From Squalus acanthias (taxonomy: Eukaryota), in contig CM059431.1 in the NCBI GenBank assembly GCA_030390025.1, forward strand, positions 154,320,001-154,384,000: 64,000 nt of DNA. Reading direction: 5' to 3'. The position numbers were made by a program, and so were the translations under genes. Shown piece after piece: positions 24,915-39,271 of this stretch. Each line of letters begins with the position of its first letter. Positions within the stretch are counted from its first letter, which is position 1. Under the pieces are notes generated by a model, which was given only the letters and a program-made list of their open reading frames with translations, made no database searches and was not told where the DNA came from.

Positions 24915-26710
24915 ATAGCAAAATACTGCGAATGATGGAAAATTGAAACAACAACAGAAAACGCTGGAAAAACTCAGCAGGCCAGGCAACATCCGTGGAG
25001 AGAGAAGCAGAGTTAACGTTTCAGGTCGAAACCCTTCGTCAGAACTGAGAAAAAAGCAGGAAATGAAACAGATAAAAAAGCATGGGTGGAGGCTGGGGGG
25101 AGGAATAAAAGAACAAAAAGGTGTTGTCTATGGTAAGTAGAGACATTAAGAGATGCTCAAGGCAAGACGAGATGGTAATAGGACAGGTTAAGAAACAAAA
25201 GGTTGCTCAGAAGTGTGAAGTGTGAAATGCTGGCAGAATGATAGTCAGCTGCCGTGGGGCGAGAAAGAGTAAAAAAAGGGAAAAGGCACATACCAAAAGG
25301 GTGGATAAAATGTATATATATATGTGGTAGGGGCCGAGGTTATGATCTGAAATTGTTGAACTCGATATTGAGTCCGGAGGGCTGTAAAGTGCCTCATCGG
25401 AAGATGAGGTGCTGTTCCTCGAGCTTACACTGAGCTTCCGTGTAAGAATGCACGAGGCCGAGGACGGTGAGCTCTGAGTGGATGTGGAGAGTTGAATTAA
25501 AATGACAAGCGACCGGAAGCTCGGGGTCACCCTTACGGACTGAACGGAGGTGTTCAGCAAAGCGGTCACCCAATCTGCGTTTGGACTCCCCAATGTAGAG
25601 GAGACCACATCGTGAGCAGCGAATACAGTATACCAGAGTGCAAGATATACAAGTAAATCGCTGTTTCACCAAGAAGGGGTGTTTGGGGCCCTGGAGAGTG
25701 GGAAGGGTGGATGTTTAAGGGCAGGTGTTGCATCTCCTGCGCTTGCACGGGAGGGTGACGGCCGAGGGGGAAGGGGGAAGGGGGTTGATAGAGGAGTGCA
25801 CTAGGGTGCCTCGGAGGGAGCGGTCCCTACGGAATGCTGAAAGGGGAGGTGAGGGGAAGATACGTTTGGTGGTGGGATCACGTTGGAGGTGGCGGAAATG
25901 GCGGAGGATGATCCGTTGAATGTGGAGGCTTGTGGGGTGAAAGGTGAGGACAAGGGGAAACCTATCGTGGTTCCGGGAGGGACGGGCCGGGGTGAGGGCA
26001 GAAGTGCAGGAGATAGAGCGAACACGGTCGAGGGCCGTGTCGACCACGGTAGAGGGGAATCCTCGTTTGAGGAAAAAGGAAGATATGTCGGAAGCACTGG
26101 TATGGAAGGTGGCATCGTTGGAGCAGATGCGGCGGAGACGGAGAAACTGGGAGAAGGGAATAGAGTCCTTACAGGAGGCGGGGTGGGAGTAAGTGTAGTC
26201 CAGTTAGCTGTGGGAGTGAGTGGGCTTGTAGTGAATGTTGGTCAATAACCTATCCCTAGAGATGGAGACGAAGAAGTCGAGGAAGGGAATGGAAGAGTCG
26301 GAGATGGACAATGTGAAGGTGAGGGAAGGGTGGAAATTGGAGGCAAAGTGAATGTAATTGTCCAGTTCAGGGCGAGAGCAGGAAACGGCACCGATACAGT
26401 CGTCAATGTACCAGAAAAAGAGGTGAGGGAGGGGACCTGATTAGGACTGGAACAAAGAGTGTTCCACATATCCCACGAAAAGGCAGGCATAGCTAGGACC
26501 CATGCGGGTACCCTAGCAACAACTTTAATTTGGAGGAAATGAGTAGATTCAAAGGAGAAGTTGATCAATGTAAGAACAAGCTCAGCCAGGCGGAGGAGGG
26601 TGGCAGTGGATGGGGATTGATTGGGCCTCTGTTCAAGGAAGAAGCGGAGCGCCCTCAGGCCATCCTGGTGGGGGATGGAGGTGTAGAGGGATTGTACGTC
26701 CATGGCGAAA
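24915..26710 (-). mobile_element. Penelope-like element (second family): decayed RT + GIY-YIG
   Basis: MDVQSLYTSIPH (PLE RT), PLVLTFHP, VYCIRCSRCGLLYIGESKRRLGDRFAEH (GIY-YIG). Confidence 0.92.
25012..25044 (-). ncRNA. Minimal hammerhead ribozyme motif (PLE type)
   Basis: Minus: GTT-CTGACGA-AGG(gtttcga)CCT-GAAACGTT-AAC. Confidence 0.75.
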
Positions 26711-27559
26711 TGAACTAGTTGGATGCAGTAATGGAGTGAGTACGTGTAGAATAAGGGTGAGATGAAATTTAATGAAATTTAATGAACTGTTTTTCAAAGC
26801 AACTGACGTTGCGTGGCAATCTGAAATGTCGACACAAGCAGGCCGTTTAACTTAGAATTTGAGTGGGAAGGATAAGAACATTAGCATAAAAGTTACCAGA
26901 ATAATACAAATATTCTGATTAACTACCTTCAAGCCTGCACTCTGTTTTGTAGCCAGTTTTTATCCAATCAGTACATGACCTCTGACTTCAAATGTTCTGT
27001 CCTTAGTCATGTGGCTACTATGTGGTGCCTTACTGAAGGCCTTTTCAATGTATATTACATCCACTGCATTACCCTTGTCTACTCGTTCTGTTACTTTTTC
27101 GAAAATTGAATAATTTGGTTAAGAATAACCTGCCCTTTAAAATATGTGCTGATTATTCTTTATTATATTTTTGTTTCTAGATTTTTTTCCATTAAATATT
27201 TGAGTAAAAATGCCAATATCTCTCCTAACCACCAACTTTAAGCTAACTGTTCTATAGTTCCCAGGAATTGTTCTATATCCCTTTTTGAATATATATCTTC
27301 TGGCACTATTCCCTTACAATTGAATGCTTTAAATATATATATGGGTTTTTAACCTCTCGAAATTTGTCTAGTTTTTGCAATTACCTCACTCCTATCTATG
27401 TTAAATTTCCACATAGCCTTTTGATGTCTTCTTCTAATGTTATGTCCACGTTGTTTTCTCTCTGGTAAAAACTGAGGCAAAGTACCTATTCAATATATCG
27501 GCCATTTCATTGTCAGTACTAGTGACATTATCATGTGTATTCTTTAGTAACTCGAACCC

Positions 27560-30500
27560 ATTCTTGATGGAGCGGATATGTGGTCGGAAGCTCATCTCAG
27601 CGTCAAATAGGACGTTAAGTTCGTGAACGGTCTGGTCCAGCCTGAGACAGTGGCAAGGGAGAGAGATAGATTTGATGGCTAAGGAAGGGAGTTTTGGCAG
27701 GGACCAAAGACAATAGCTTCGGTCTTTCCAATAAACTTCTGGAGGAAATTTCTGCTCATCCATTTCAGGATGTCGGACAAGTAGATTAATAACAGAGAGT
27801 TGATGGTTCGAAAGCGGTGGTGGTGAGGAGAGCTGGGTGCCGTCAGCTTACATGTGGAACATAACGTTTTGTTTTTGTATGAAACCTCCGGCTGGAATCA
27901 GATAAGATGAGAGATAGGAGGAAATCGAGGATAGGTCCATGGGGTATTCCAGAGTTAATGGTGCGAGAGCGGGAATCGAAGCCATTGCAGGTGTTCCTCT
28001 GACTAGGAATGGATAGATAAGAATTGAACTAGGCGAAGACAGGCCCACCCAGCTGAACCCGGGATGAGTGCCGCTGGAAGAGGATGGTGTGGTCAACCAA
28101 GTCAAAGACTTCAGACAGTTCGAAAAAGATGAGGAGCCAAGGTGGGTCACAAAATATGTTTTGTGTGAATTTGATAAGGGCCGTTTCAGAGCTGTGGTAA
28201 GTGCTGAAACACGTTTGCATTTGCGGGAAACTACGGCATGGATTTGGGAAGCGCAAACACGTTCATTGACTTTGGAGAGGGATGCGAATTTGAAGATGGG
28301 GCGGTAGTTTGCAAGGACAGAGGGGCCAAGGTAGGGTTTTGTGAGGAGTTGGTGAACATGGCGGATTTCATTTGGAGGGAGACAGTACCTGAGGAGAGGG
28401 AAACGTTAACAATATTTGCTAACGTTGGGTTCAGGAAGGGAAATTGTGTGGTCATCAGTTTAGTTGGAATAGGTTCGATGGAGGAGGAGGTGTTTCTCAT
28501 GGGTACAATGATCTCGGAGAGGTGATAAAGTGAGACAGGAGAGAAACTAGAGAAAGTTCGATTTCAGGGCCAGAGAAGTGGTGAACCTTTAGGGAAGTTT
28601 GGTATGGTGGGCTAGCGGAAGGGTGGGAAGAGGCTGAGGGACCTGAACGGATGGTCTCAACCTTAGTGACAAAGACGTCCATGAGATGCTCGCACATTTT
28701 GTTGGAGGTGAAGTTGGATGATACAGGGGAGAGGGGTTTACATAGAACAGTACAGCACAGTACAGGCCCTTCGGCCCTCGATGTTGTGCCGAGCATTGTC
28801 CGAGACCAAGATCAAGCTATCACACTCCCTATCACTCTGGTGTGCTCCATGTGCTTATCCAATAACCGCTTGAAAGTTCCTAAAGTGTCCGACTCCACTA
28901 TCACAGCAGGCAGTCCATTCCACACCCCAACCACTCTCTGAGTAAAGAATCTACCTCGGACATCCCTTCTATATCTCCCCCCATGCACCTTATAGTTATG
29001 CCCCCTTGTAACAGCTGCCTCTACCCGAGGAAATAGTCTCTGAACATCCACTCTATCTATCCCCCTCATCATCTTATAAACCTCTATTAAGTCGCCTCTC
29101 ATCCTCCTCCGCTCTAAAGAGAAAAGCCCCAACTCCCTCAATCTTTCCTCATAAGACCTCCCCCCCAAACCAGGCAGCATCCTGGTAAATCTCCTTTGCA
29201 CTCTTTCCAATGCTTCCACGTCCTTCCTATAGTGAGGTGACCAGAACTGCACACAATATTCCAAATGTGGTCTCACCAAGGTCCTGTACAGTTGCAGCAT
29301 AACCTCACGGTTCTTAAACTCAAACCCTCTGTTAATAAACGCCAACACACCATAGGCCTTCTTTACTGCTCTATCCACTTGAGTGGCAACCTTCAGAGAT
29401 CTGTGGATATGAACCCCCAGATCCCTCTGCTCCTCCACATTCCTCAGAACCCTGCCGTTGACCCAGTAATCCTTATTCAAATTTGCCCTACCAAAATGAA
29501 TCACCTCGCACTTATCAGGGATAAATTCCATCTGCCATTTTTCGGCCCAGTTCTGCATCCTATCAATGTCTCTTTGCAGCCTACAACTGCCCTCCACCTC
29601 ATCCACTACTCCACCAATCTTGGTGTCATCAGCAAATTTACTGATCCACCCTTCAGTCCCCTCCTCCAAGTCATTGATAAAAATCACAAACAGCAGAGGA
29701 CCCAGCACCGACCCCTGTGGCACACCGCTGGTAACTGGTCTCCAGTCCGAAAATGTTCCATCCACCACCACCCTCTGCCTTCTATGAGATAGCCAGTTAC
29801 TTATCCGATCGGCCAAATTTCCCTCTATCCCAGAACTCCTTACTTTCTTCATGAGACGACCATGGGGAACCTTATCAAACGCCTTACTAAAATCCATGTA
29901 TACGACATCAACTGCTCTACCTTCATCTACACACTTAGTTACCTCCTCAAAGAATTAAATCAAATTTGTTAGGCAAGACTTACCCTTCACGAATCCGTGT
30001 TGACTATCCCTGATTAAGTTGCCCCTTTCCAAATGGTCATAAATCCTATCCCTCAGGACCTTTTCCATTATCTTACCAACCACCGAAGTAAGACTAACCG
30101 GCCTATAATTACCAGGGTCATTCCTATATCCTTTCTTGAAGAGAGGAACAACATTCGCCACTCTCCAGTCCTCTGGCACCATCCCCGTGGACAGTGAGGA
30201 CCCAAAGATCAAAGCCAGAGGCTCTGCAATCTCCTCCCTTGCCTCCCAAAGAATCCTAGGATATATCCCATCTGGCCCAGGGGACTTATCGACCCTCAGG
30301 TTCTTCAAAATTGCTAAAACATCTTCCCTCAGAACATCTACCACCTCCAGCCTATCCACCTTTATCACACTCTCATCCCCAAGAACATGGCCCCTCTCCT
30401 CGGTGAACACTGACGAAAAGTATTCATTCATCACCTCTCCTATCTCTTCTGACTCCATGCACAAGTTCCCACTACTGTCCTTGACCGGCCCTACCCTCAC

Positions 30501-32930
30501 CCTGGTCATTCTTTTATTTCTCACATAAGAGTAAAAAGCCTTGGGGTTTTTCTTGATCCGACCCGCCAAGGACTTCTCATGCCCCCTCCTAGCTCTCCTA
30601 AGCTCTTTTTTTAGCTCATTCCTTGCTACCTTGTACCCCTCAATCGACCCAACTGAACCTTGTTTTCTCATCCTTACATACGCTTCCTTTTTCCTCTTGA
30701 CTAGACATTCAACCTCTTTTGTGAACCATGGTTCTCTCACTCGGCCATTTCCTCCCTGCCTGACAGGGACATACCTATCAAGGACACGCAGTAATTGCTC
30801 CATGAAAAAGCTCCACTTTTCGTTTGTGCCTTTCCCTGATAGTTTCTGTTCCCATCTTATACTCCCTAATTCTTGCCTAATCGCATCATAATTACCCCTC
30901 CCCCAATTATAAACCCTGCCCTGCCGTATGGCCCTATCCCTCTCCATTGCAATAGTGAAAGTTACCGAATTGTGGTCACTATCTCCAAAGTGCTCTCCCA
31001 CATACAAATCAAACACTTGGCCCGGTTCATTACCCAGTACCAAATCCAACGTGGCCCCACCTCTTGTCGGCCTATCCACATATTGTGTCAGGAAACCCTC
31101 CTGCACACACTGTGCAAAAACTATCCCATCCGAACTGTTTGACCTATAAAGGTTCCAATCAATATTTGGAAAGTTGAAGTCACCCATGACAACTATTCTG
31201 TGACCTCCACACCTATTCATAATCTGCTTTGCAATTTCTTCCTCCACATCTTTATTACTATTTGGGGGCCTGTAGAAAACTCCTAACAACGTGACCGCTC
31301 CTTTCCTATTTCTAACTTCAGCCCATATTACCTCAGACGGCAGATCCCCCTCGAACTGCCTTTCTGCCGCTGTTAAACTATCCTTGATTAACAATGCTAC
31401 TCCTCCACCTTTCTTACCAACTTCCCTACTCTTACTGAAACATCTATACCCCGGAACTTCCAACAACCATTCCTGTCCCTGTTCTAACCATGTCTCCGTA
31501 ATGGCCACCACATCGTAGTCCCAAGTACCAATCCACGCTCCAAGTTCTCCTACCTTATTCCGGATGCTCCTTGCATTGAAGTAGACACACTTCAAGCCAT
31601 CTTCCTGTCTGCCGGTACATTCCTGCGACCTTGATACCCTCCTCAGTACCTCCCTACACTCACCACTGGCTCGTGGACTACAGCCCTTTTTCCCATCCCC
31701 CTGACAAATTAGTTTAAACCCCCCCGAAGAGCCGTAGCAAATTTCCCTCCCAGGATATTGGTGCCCCTCTGGTTCAGGTGCAAACCGTCCTGTTTGTACA
31801 GGTCCCACCTTCCCCAGAATGTGCTCCAATTATCCACATAACTGAAACCCTCCCCCCTACACCATCCCTGCAGCCACGTGTTTATCTGCACTCTCTCCCT
31901 GTTCCTCAACTCGCTAGCACGTGGCACCGGCAACAAACCAGAAATTACAACATGGTTTGTACTGGCTCTCAGCTTCCAACCTAGCTCCCTAAATTCCTGT
32001 TTTAAATCCCCGTCCCTTCTCCTACCTATGTCGTTGGTACCGATGTATACCACGACTTGTGATTGTTCCCCTTCCCCTTTGAGGATTCTGAAAACACGTT
32101 CCGAGACGTCACGGACCCTGGCACCCGGGAGGCAACATACCATCCGTGAGTCTCTTTTGCTGCCACAGAACCTCCTATCTGTCCCTCTGACTATTGAGTC
32201 CCCAATAACTATTGCTCTCCTGCTCTCCCCCCTTCCCTTCTGAGCCACAGTGACGGACCCAGTTTAAGTAGACAGTTTGAAGTAGAGAAGAGAAGGCGGG
32301 GGAATATGTGCATTCGAGGATGAACCTGGAATATTGAGAAGTTTTGGCAGACGAGAGCACGGCCCGATAGTGTTTTTTGTGATCTATCCAAATCTGTCAC
32401 TGAAAGGCTTAACCAATTAAAGTCTGCCTCCTTTGGAATTAAGGGAGAGGAGTTGAGGGCTGCACCAGGGCAACGACCAGGTGGGGGAGAGAGTAAAGGT
32501 TTCAATAAGGACCCGGACATCAGTGGTGGAGATGAGTGTGTGATTGAGCACTTCGGTAGCTGCCGATATGTCATAGTGAATGGAGGGACAAAGGCTAGAC
32601 CGTTGGTTTATTAGAAGTGCATTTGTAAGTGAGATGGGGGAGAGTTATTTTCCAGAGGAAGACACAGAAGAATGAGGGGGTTGGGACTAGGGAGGTGAAT
32701 GTGAGTGGGGAGCGATGCAAGGAAGTGATCTGAGATGACCTAATGTGTGATTGACGCAATTTATGCAGAGAGGTAACGAGATGGAAATGTCGAGGGTCTG
32801 GCCGTAAATATCGGTAGGACAGATTATAAGGGGAAAGAGTTTAATGGAGGATGGGGGTCAGTGAACTCAGAAGAGAAAGTTCATGATGAGTTGAGATAGA
32901 GGTTGAAATCACCAAGTATAATAAAACTCA
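27560..32930 (-). mobile_element. Degenerate L2 LINE, split by the young CR1 at 28741-32261
   Basis: STYHSSETALIK, FDLVDHTIL, PIPTKLMT motifs; homologous to 58555-60410. Confidence 0.85.
28741..32261 (-). mobile_element. Young CR1 LINE: ORF1 esterase half + complete ORF2 (APE-RT) + 3' UTR
   Basis: ORF1 IVIGDSIVRG...DGLHLN; ORF2 NARSI, ITETW, MGDFN, SDH, QGSVLGP, FADDTK; TSD gttta (28736-28740 / 32262-32266). Confidence 0.96.
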
Positions 32931-33825
32931 CAACTCAGTAGGACAGCCATAAGCTCAGCAGTAACAGCAGTAGTGTGCCTGTACATTGTGTGCTTCTATA
33001 ATGTGTGCTTGCTTAAGTTATGTGCATGTAACTAATTAATAAATGTATTGAATTTTCACGGCTTTGTTCAGCTCAGAAAGATAACCCATCGAGTTATATC
33101 AATTTCTTCTTTTACGAAAGTGTCTTGTAAGGGGCAAAGCTTTCCTGTACCCCTTCCCCCAACCACAAACCCCCCCCCCCCCCATCACCGATTTAGCTTC
33201 GAGTCCCACGGGAGGCGCAAGCTATCGGAGAATCTAGGTCAAAATGACAAACACTTCAATTAATAACCCACTCAGAACTCAGTACTTTCATCCTCAGTAG
33301 AACCCCCAACTGATTTTAATCTCCGAGGTAGTATTAGACAGTCAGACTCACATACACCGGAGTTATTTTAGATTAGGCGTCCATTACACTCCCGACCAAT
33401 TTTAGCTCCCATTGACATCAATCCTGCACAATGGCGGATAATTCTAAATCACGGGTTTTACACCATTGCCGAGCGATAAATTACCCCGCGGATTTCGCCT
33501 TAGGAGCATATGAAGAGGATGAAGTAGCTTCGATGTAACCGTTGTATGATACATTGAGTCTTTAACCTGATGCCCTTGATTACACACAGAAATTTACATC
33601 GAATTTGATAAAAAAAAGACATAAGCGGTAGTCCGATTTTCAATTATGTTTCCTTTTCTATCGTGTTTATGTTACTGTTCTACAACTGCATCGCTGGAAT
33701 GCTCAGGGACCGCGTTATCACGTTGATCTGTGAGCTTTCGTGCGAAAAAATAACAGCAAATATCGGTGAATAAATGGATAGAATTATAGAAACTTACAGC
33801 ACAAATGTGGGTCTTTCTGTACATT

Positions 33826-34568
33826 GGCCCAAAAATTAGTGAGGGAGCCTTCGTGCGGGGGTAAGGCTTCCCCGCGCTCTCTCACTGCGCGCCGGCTTTT
33901 TCATTCCCAGCTCGCACGAACTTGATGTTCTGGACAGCTGCTGGGCAGTGCTTGCGTATCCCACAGGCGCAGTTAATTCGTGCGAGCTGTGGGATCACGT
34001 GACTCAGTTAGAGCCAATGGCAGCACACCATCTTTCATTCATAGTTTTCACACCCAAGTGCTGTGAAAGCTATGAATCTATACCCCCCAAAAGAACAGCT
34101 AAGCCTCAATTAAATTTAAAAAAAAAACAACACATTAATAAGATAAGTATAGTTAAATAAATTAACCACTTTAAACAAAAAATTTAATTTTTGAAAAAAT
34201 CTAAAATCTTTTAAAAAGTTATAAAAATAAACTTACCTTTCTTTAAAGTCTCTAAAAAAGATATACCTGTTGAAAAAAATTCAAAATAATACTTAATTAA
34301 CTACTTACCTTGTTAAAAGAGGGTGTTATGCCTCCTTTCTTTATGTGTAAAATCTTCCATGCTTCCCTTAGCGTTCAAAGCACGAAGTGCACTGCGTGCG
34401 CGCAGCCTGCAGCGCGCACGCGGTTCACTTAGGAACCGCCCCCTTTTGAGTTCACCAAGTGCCGGTTTTCAGCGCATGCGCAGTGCATGCAGAAAACCGG
34501 CAATTGGAGACAGAATACGCGAGAGAACACAGTGCGTACTCTCGCGTCGAGGCACTAATTTTTGGGCC
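33826..34568. mobile_element. Non-autonomous DNA transposon (PIF/Harbinger-like MITE)
   Basis: 16-bp TIR ggcccaaaaattagtg / cactaatttttgggcc; 3-bp TSD ATT; internal similarity to 52282-53704. Confidence 0.8.
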
Positions 34569-36815
34569 ATTTTGTCAGTCCCTGCACTTTGAAAGAGCGA
34601 GACAATTAGTTCCACTCGCGCGCTATTTCTCAATTTCCCTGCACTGGAGAAAATGTTTATAATTGTTGCATCTATTGTCGCAGAAAAAATCGGGCTAGCG
34701 AACCCGGAAACAGGGTTACTGAGCCTGTCCGGGAATGCTAGATTATTGCGGATGCTTTGAAATCATATCCATCTACAATTTGCATCATGTCGAGGTCTCT
34801 GAAGACAGGTTTTCAACCTTCCATCTGGACTTTGGTTACGGACATATGTCATCTGCAAGTATTGGTGTGAACTTTAACTATAGCGGACAGTGCAAAACGG
34901 GCGACATAGGACGCCCAATTGAGAGGTTTATCGCTGAGACGCTATCGCCCACTTTACAGTATTGTGAAAAGCTAATATAATCGCAAGAGTGTGCCAGCGT
35001 AGCTTACTTCTATTAAACGGCAACGCGGTGGTACGAGGTTCCGATCAATTAGCGTTTCAGCAAGAGACTGGGGGAAAAGTGGGATGTACGAGCGACATTC
35101 CGCTCATGTTGCGGACAGGTCTAGGCTGCATTCGCAATCCTTGGGGCTCATTCATTTTGCATGCTAAACGGTTGGTCTTTTATTTTTGGCTGTCCATTTG
35201 ATCTTGGAGTTACGGGGAACCAAATTAAAATATCGTAAGGCGGTGGCTATTGAATCGACCGTCCCCGAAAACGATCCCTACAAAATCCAAGCCTAGTGAA
35301 GGGAATATATCATTTTAATAACTGAAAAAATGTTCAAGTAAATCACAACAGGATCCCGGTTACTTGAGGAACGTCAAGAAGCAGCTTTTCTGTCGGCGGG
35401 GAGAAAGGAGGGCAAAGTAAAAGGAACGTGAATTATTAGGAGAGAGTGAAGCATGGGTGGCCGAATGAAAGTAAAATGATGTGCAGAAACCCGGAGGAAA
35501 CAGAGTATGATGCGGAAAAAGATGGAGAGCGAGCTATGAATGAAGATGAGCGGCTGTGAATGGGTTGCAAAAGGCAAGCGGAATGATAAGGAGCATGGCT
35601 TATTACAGAATACCTGAGTCATGAAAAAGATGCCGGAGAGTGAACCGAGGGTTCAATAATCTCGCCATCGGTAAAGCCCTAATGCTGTCTTTGATTGCAA
35701 AAGATGCTACTTTCTGTATTCCGTTTCTGGCACGAACCAACAATGAGAAATCCCAATAAGTACTGGACATGGCAATGTGTTGGAAATCTGATCCATATCT
35801 GCAAAATTATTTCTTTATTTTAGAGAGTGTATCGGCAGCGTATTTTAAAGATTGTCTTCACGCCCAAGTAATTCGGATTTAAAGTTTTGCCCTGACGCTC
35901 ACTTATACCAATCCCATTACCTTCTGGTAAATTTGAGTCCACTGTTGCTAGGATTTGCATTTTTTGTTGTGATTATGCTTCAACTTGCATATTTGAAATA
36001 CGGGTCCGGAAGTAATGGGGATAGTGATTACTTGACCAATTATTAGCAATCTGAACATTTCGGCAAAATTCAGATTAAAGCCACGGATTTTAAAAAAAAC
36101 CGTCATTTCATCATAACACAACAAAGTGCAGTGAGATTGAAATACGTAACTCCACGCGTGATTGCTGACTATGCGTTTAAAAGACTGCACTGAATTCAAG
36201 TGACACTGAGGTTACTTCAATTAACATTGCCGATTTCCGAACCATTTCTGGTTGTTTCCGGGTTCTTTTATTGACGGAAAATCAGGAGCAAGATATCATT
36301 CCTGCAGTTGTGGGAATGTAAATTCGAAAAAAGCCGCTTCGGGAGCTAAGTGGCTTCACCTGGCAGCAGGAGCGAGCAGCCGCAGCAGTGAGAATTTGTG
36401 TTGATTTGCTTGACAGTTGGAAAATGCGAACCAGGCAAAACAAAGAAGCAGGACGAAATGACGAAACTACGAATAAGTATTGAATCGAATATATTGCAGA
36501 TTAAACTTAAATAAGGGCATTTATGAGGGCATGAAAGCAGAGCTAGCTAAAGTGAACTGGCAAATTCGATTAAGGGATAGGTCAATCGAGTTGCTGTGAC
36601 AGACATTTAAGGGGATATTTCAGGAGACACAGTATAGATACATTCCAACGAGAAAGAAAAATTCCAAGGGGAGGACCCACCATCCGTGGTTAACTAAAAA
36701 AGTTAAAGATAGTATCAAACTTAAAGAAAAAAGCATACAATTGCGCAAAGATGTTTGGCAGATCAGAAGATTGGACAGAATATAAAATACAGCAAACAAT
36801 GTCTACAAAATTAGA

Positions 36816-36961
36816 CATGATGTGGAGATGCCGGTGTTGGACTGTGGTGGACAAATGTGAGAAGTCGCACAACACCAGGTTATAGTCCAACAGCTTTATT
36901 TGAAATCACAAGCTTTCGGAGCGCTGCTCCTTCGTCAGGTGTTGTGCGACTTCTCACATTT
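36816..36961 (-). mobile_element. Penelope-like pLTR fragment with intact minimal hammerhead (36906-36941)
   Basis: Minus: CAC-CTGACGA-aGGAGC agc GCTCC-GAAAGCTT-GTG. Confidence 0.85.
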
Positions 36962-38247
36962 AAAAAAATAGAGTACGAGAGAAAGCTAGCTTGATAGTAA
37001 GAGATTCCATAGATATTTAAAAAGTAAATATTAACAAAGTGAGCGTTGGTCCAAAAGAAAGTGAGTGTGGGGAATTAATAATGGAAAATAACGAGATGGC
37101 AGATGAATTGAACAGGTATTTTGCATCGGTCTTCAGTATAGAGGATACAAGTAACATCCCAGAAATAGCTGTATGTCAGGAAATGGAAGGGATGGAGGAA
37201 CACAAGAACATTCTACTCACCAGGGAAGTAGTACTGAGCAAATTGTTACAGCTGCGGGCTGACAAGTCCCCGGGTCCTGATGGACTTCATCCTAGAGTCT
37301 TAAAAGAAGTGGCTAGTGACATAGTTGATGCGTTGGATTTAATTTTACAAAATTCCCTAGATTCGGGAAAGGTTCCTTTAGATTGGAAAATTACGAATGT
37401 AACTCGTTTATTCAAAAAGGGCGGGAGACAGAAAGCAGGAAACTACACGCCAGTTAGCTTTACATCTGTCATAGGGAAGATGTTAGAAGTTATTATTAAA
37501 GGCGTTATAGCAGGGCATTTAGCAAAGTTCAAAGTAATAAGATTGTGTCAACATGGTTTTGTGCAAGGGAAATCAAGTTTAAACAATTTATTGGAGTTCT
37601 TTGAAGAAATAACATGTGCTGTGGATGTACTGTACTTCGATTTCCAGAAGGTATTTGATAAGGTGCCACATCAAAGGTTATTGTGGGAAATAAATGCTAT
37701 TGGCGTAGGGGGTAACATATTGGCATGGATAGAAGATTGACTAGCTAACAGGAAATAGAGAGTAGGCATAAATGGGTCGTTTTCTGGTTGTCAAGTTGTA
37801 GTGAGTGGTGTGCCACAGGGATCAGTGCTGGTGCCTCAACGTTTTACAATTTCTATAAATGACTTGGATGAAGGGTCCGAAGGTATGGTTGCTAAATTTG
37901 CTGATGACACAAAGATACGTAGGAAAGTAAGTTCTGAAGACGGCACAAGCAGGCTACAAAGAGATACAGATAGGTTAAGTGAGTGGGCAAAGAACTGGTA
38001 AATGGAATATTATGTGGGAAAAAGAGAAATTGTCCCTTTTGGCAGGAAGAATATATAGAAGCATATTATGTAATTGGTGAATGATTGTAGAGCTCTGAGT
38101 TGCAGAGGGATCTGGGTGTCCTAGTGCATGAATCGCAAAATGTTAGTATGTAGGTACAGCAAGTAATTAGGAAAGCTAATAGAATGATATCGTTTATTGC
38201 GAGAGGAATTGAATAAAAAGTAGAGAGGTTATGCTTCACTTATACAG

Positions 38248-39271
38248 AAACTACGCCATGTTCTTCGCAGCCTTCAACATGTCATCGATGACGACAAACA
38301 CCTCGCTAAGGCCATCCCCACGCCTCCACTACTTGCCTTCAAACAGCCGCCTAACCTCAGAAGTACCATCGTTCGCAGCAAATTACGCAGCTTTCAGGAT
38401 AACAGCGACCACGACACCACACAACCCTGCCATGGCAAACTCTGCAAGACATGCCAGATCATCAACACAGATACCACCATCACACGTGAGGACACTACCC
38501 ACCAGGTACATGGTACATACTCATGTGACTCGGTCAACGTTGTCTACCTCATACGTTGCAGGAAAGAATGCACCGCGGCATGGTACATCGGCGAGACCAT
38601 GCAGACACTGAGACAACGTATGAACGAGCACCGCGCAACAATCGCCAGGCAGGATTGTTACCTCCCAGTCGGGGAACACTTCAGCAGTCAAGGACATTCA
38701 GCCTCGGATCTGCGGGTAAGCGTTCTCCAAGGCAACCTTAGAAACGCACGACAACGCAAAATCATCGAGCAGAAACTGATAGCCAAGTTCCGCACTCATG
38801 AAGACGGTCTCAATCGGGATCTTGGGTTTATGTCACGATACATGACGTGATCCGGACTCGAGTCGTCGTTAGCTTGTTCACAGATGTGATTCCCAGTAAA
38901 AAAGTAAAAATTTTCCCAGTAAAAAAGTAAAAATTTTAAAGCTTTTCGTTTTACATACAGACGGCAGCTTTTGATACGTTAGAACCCCTGCGACTACACC
39001 TCATTGTCTCAGTTGTATCTTGCTATGTCTTTGATGTGGTACCTTCCTGGCTGACTTAATTAACTTTATCACACCTCGGCAGATAGTCAGGATGATTTAA
39101 TTTAGTGGTCTGCAATTGTAAGGTACACATGCTTTGTTTTCTATCTATATATGCTTTGGCGATTCTGTATCAAATTTACTTCACCTGAGGAAGGAGCAAT
39201 CGATAGCTCCGAAAGCTTGTGATTTCAAATAAAACTGTTAGACTATAACCTGGTGTTGTGCGACCTCTCAG
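38248..39271 (+). mobile_element. 5'-truncated Penelope-like element (GIY-YIG + pLTR)
   Basis: NVVYLIRCRK...WYIGET-QTLRQRMNEH...GLNRD; pLTR with hammerhead core at 39181-39222. Confidence 0.92.

Noticed and set aside
29265..31518. Long + strand ORFs antisense to CR1
   Set aside because: Shadow frames of LINE ORF2
35824..35864. Possible extra exon after ttattttag, near weak similarity to the cassette intron (about 35950-35990)
   Set aside because: Very short, ambiguous frame, and no 170-nt B-like match
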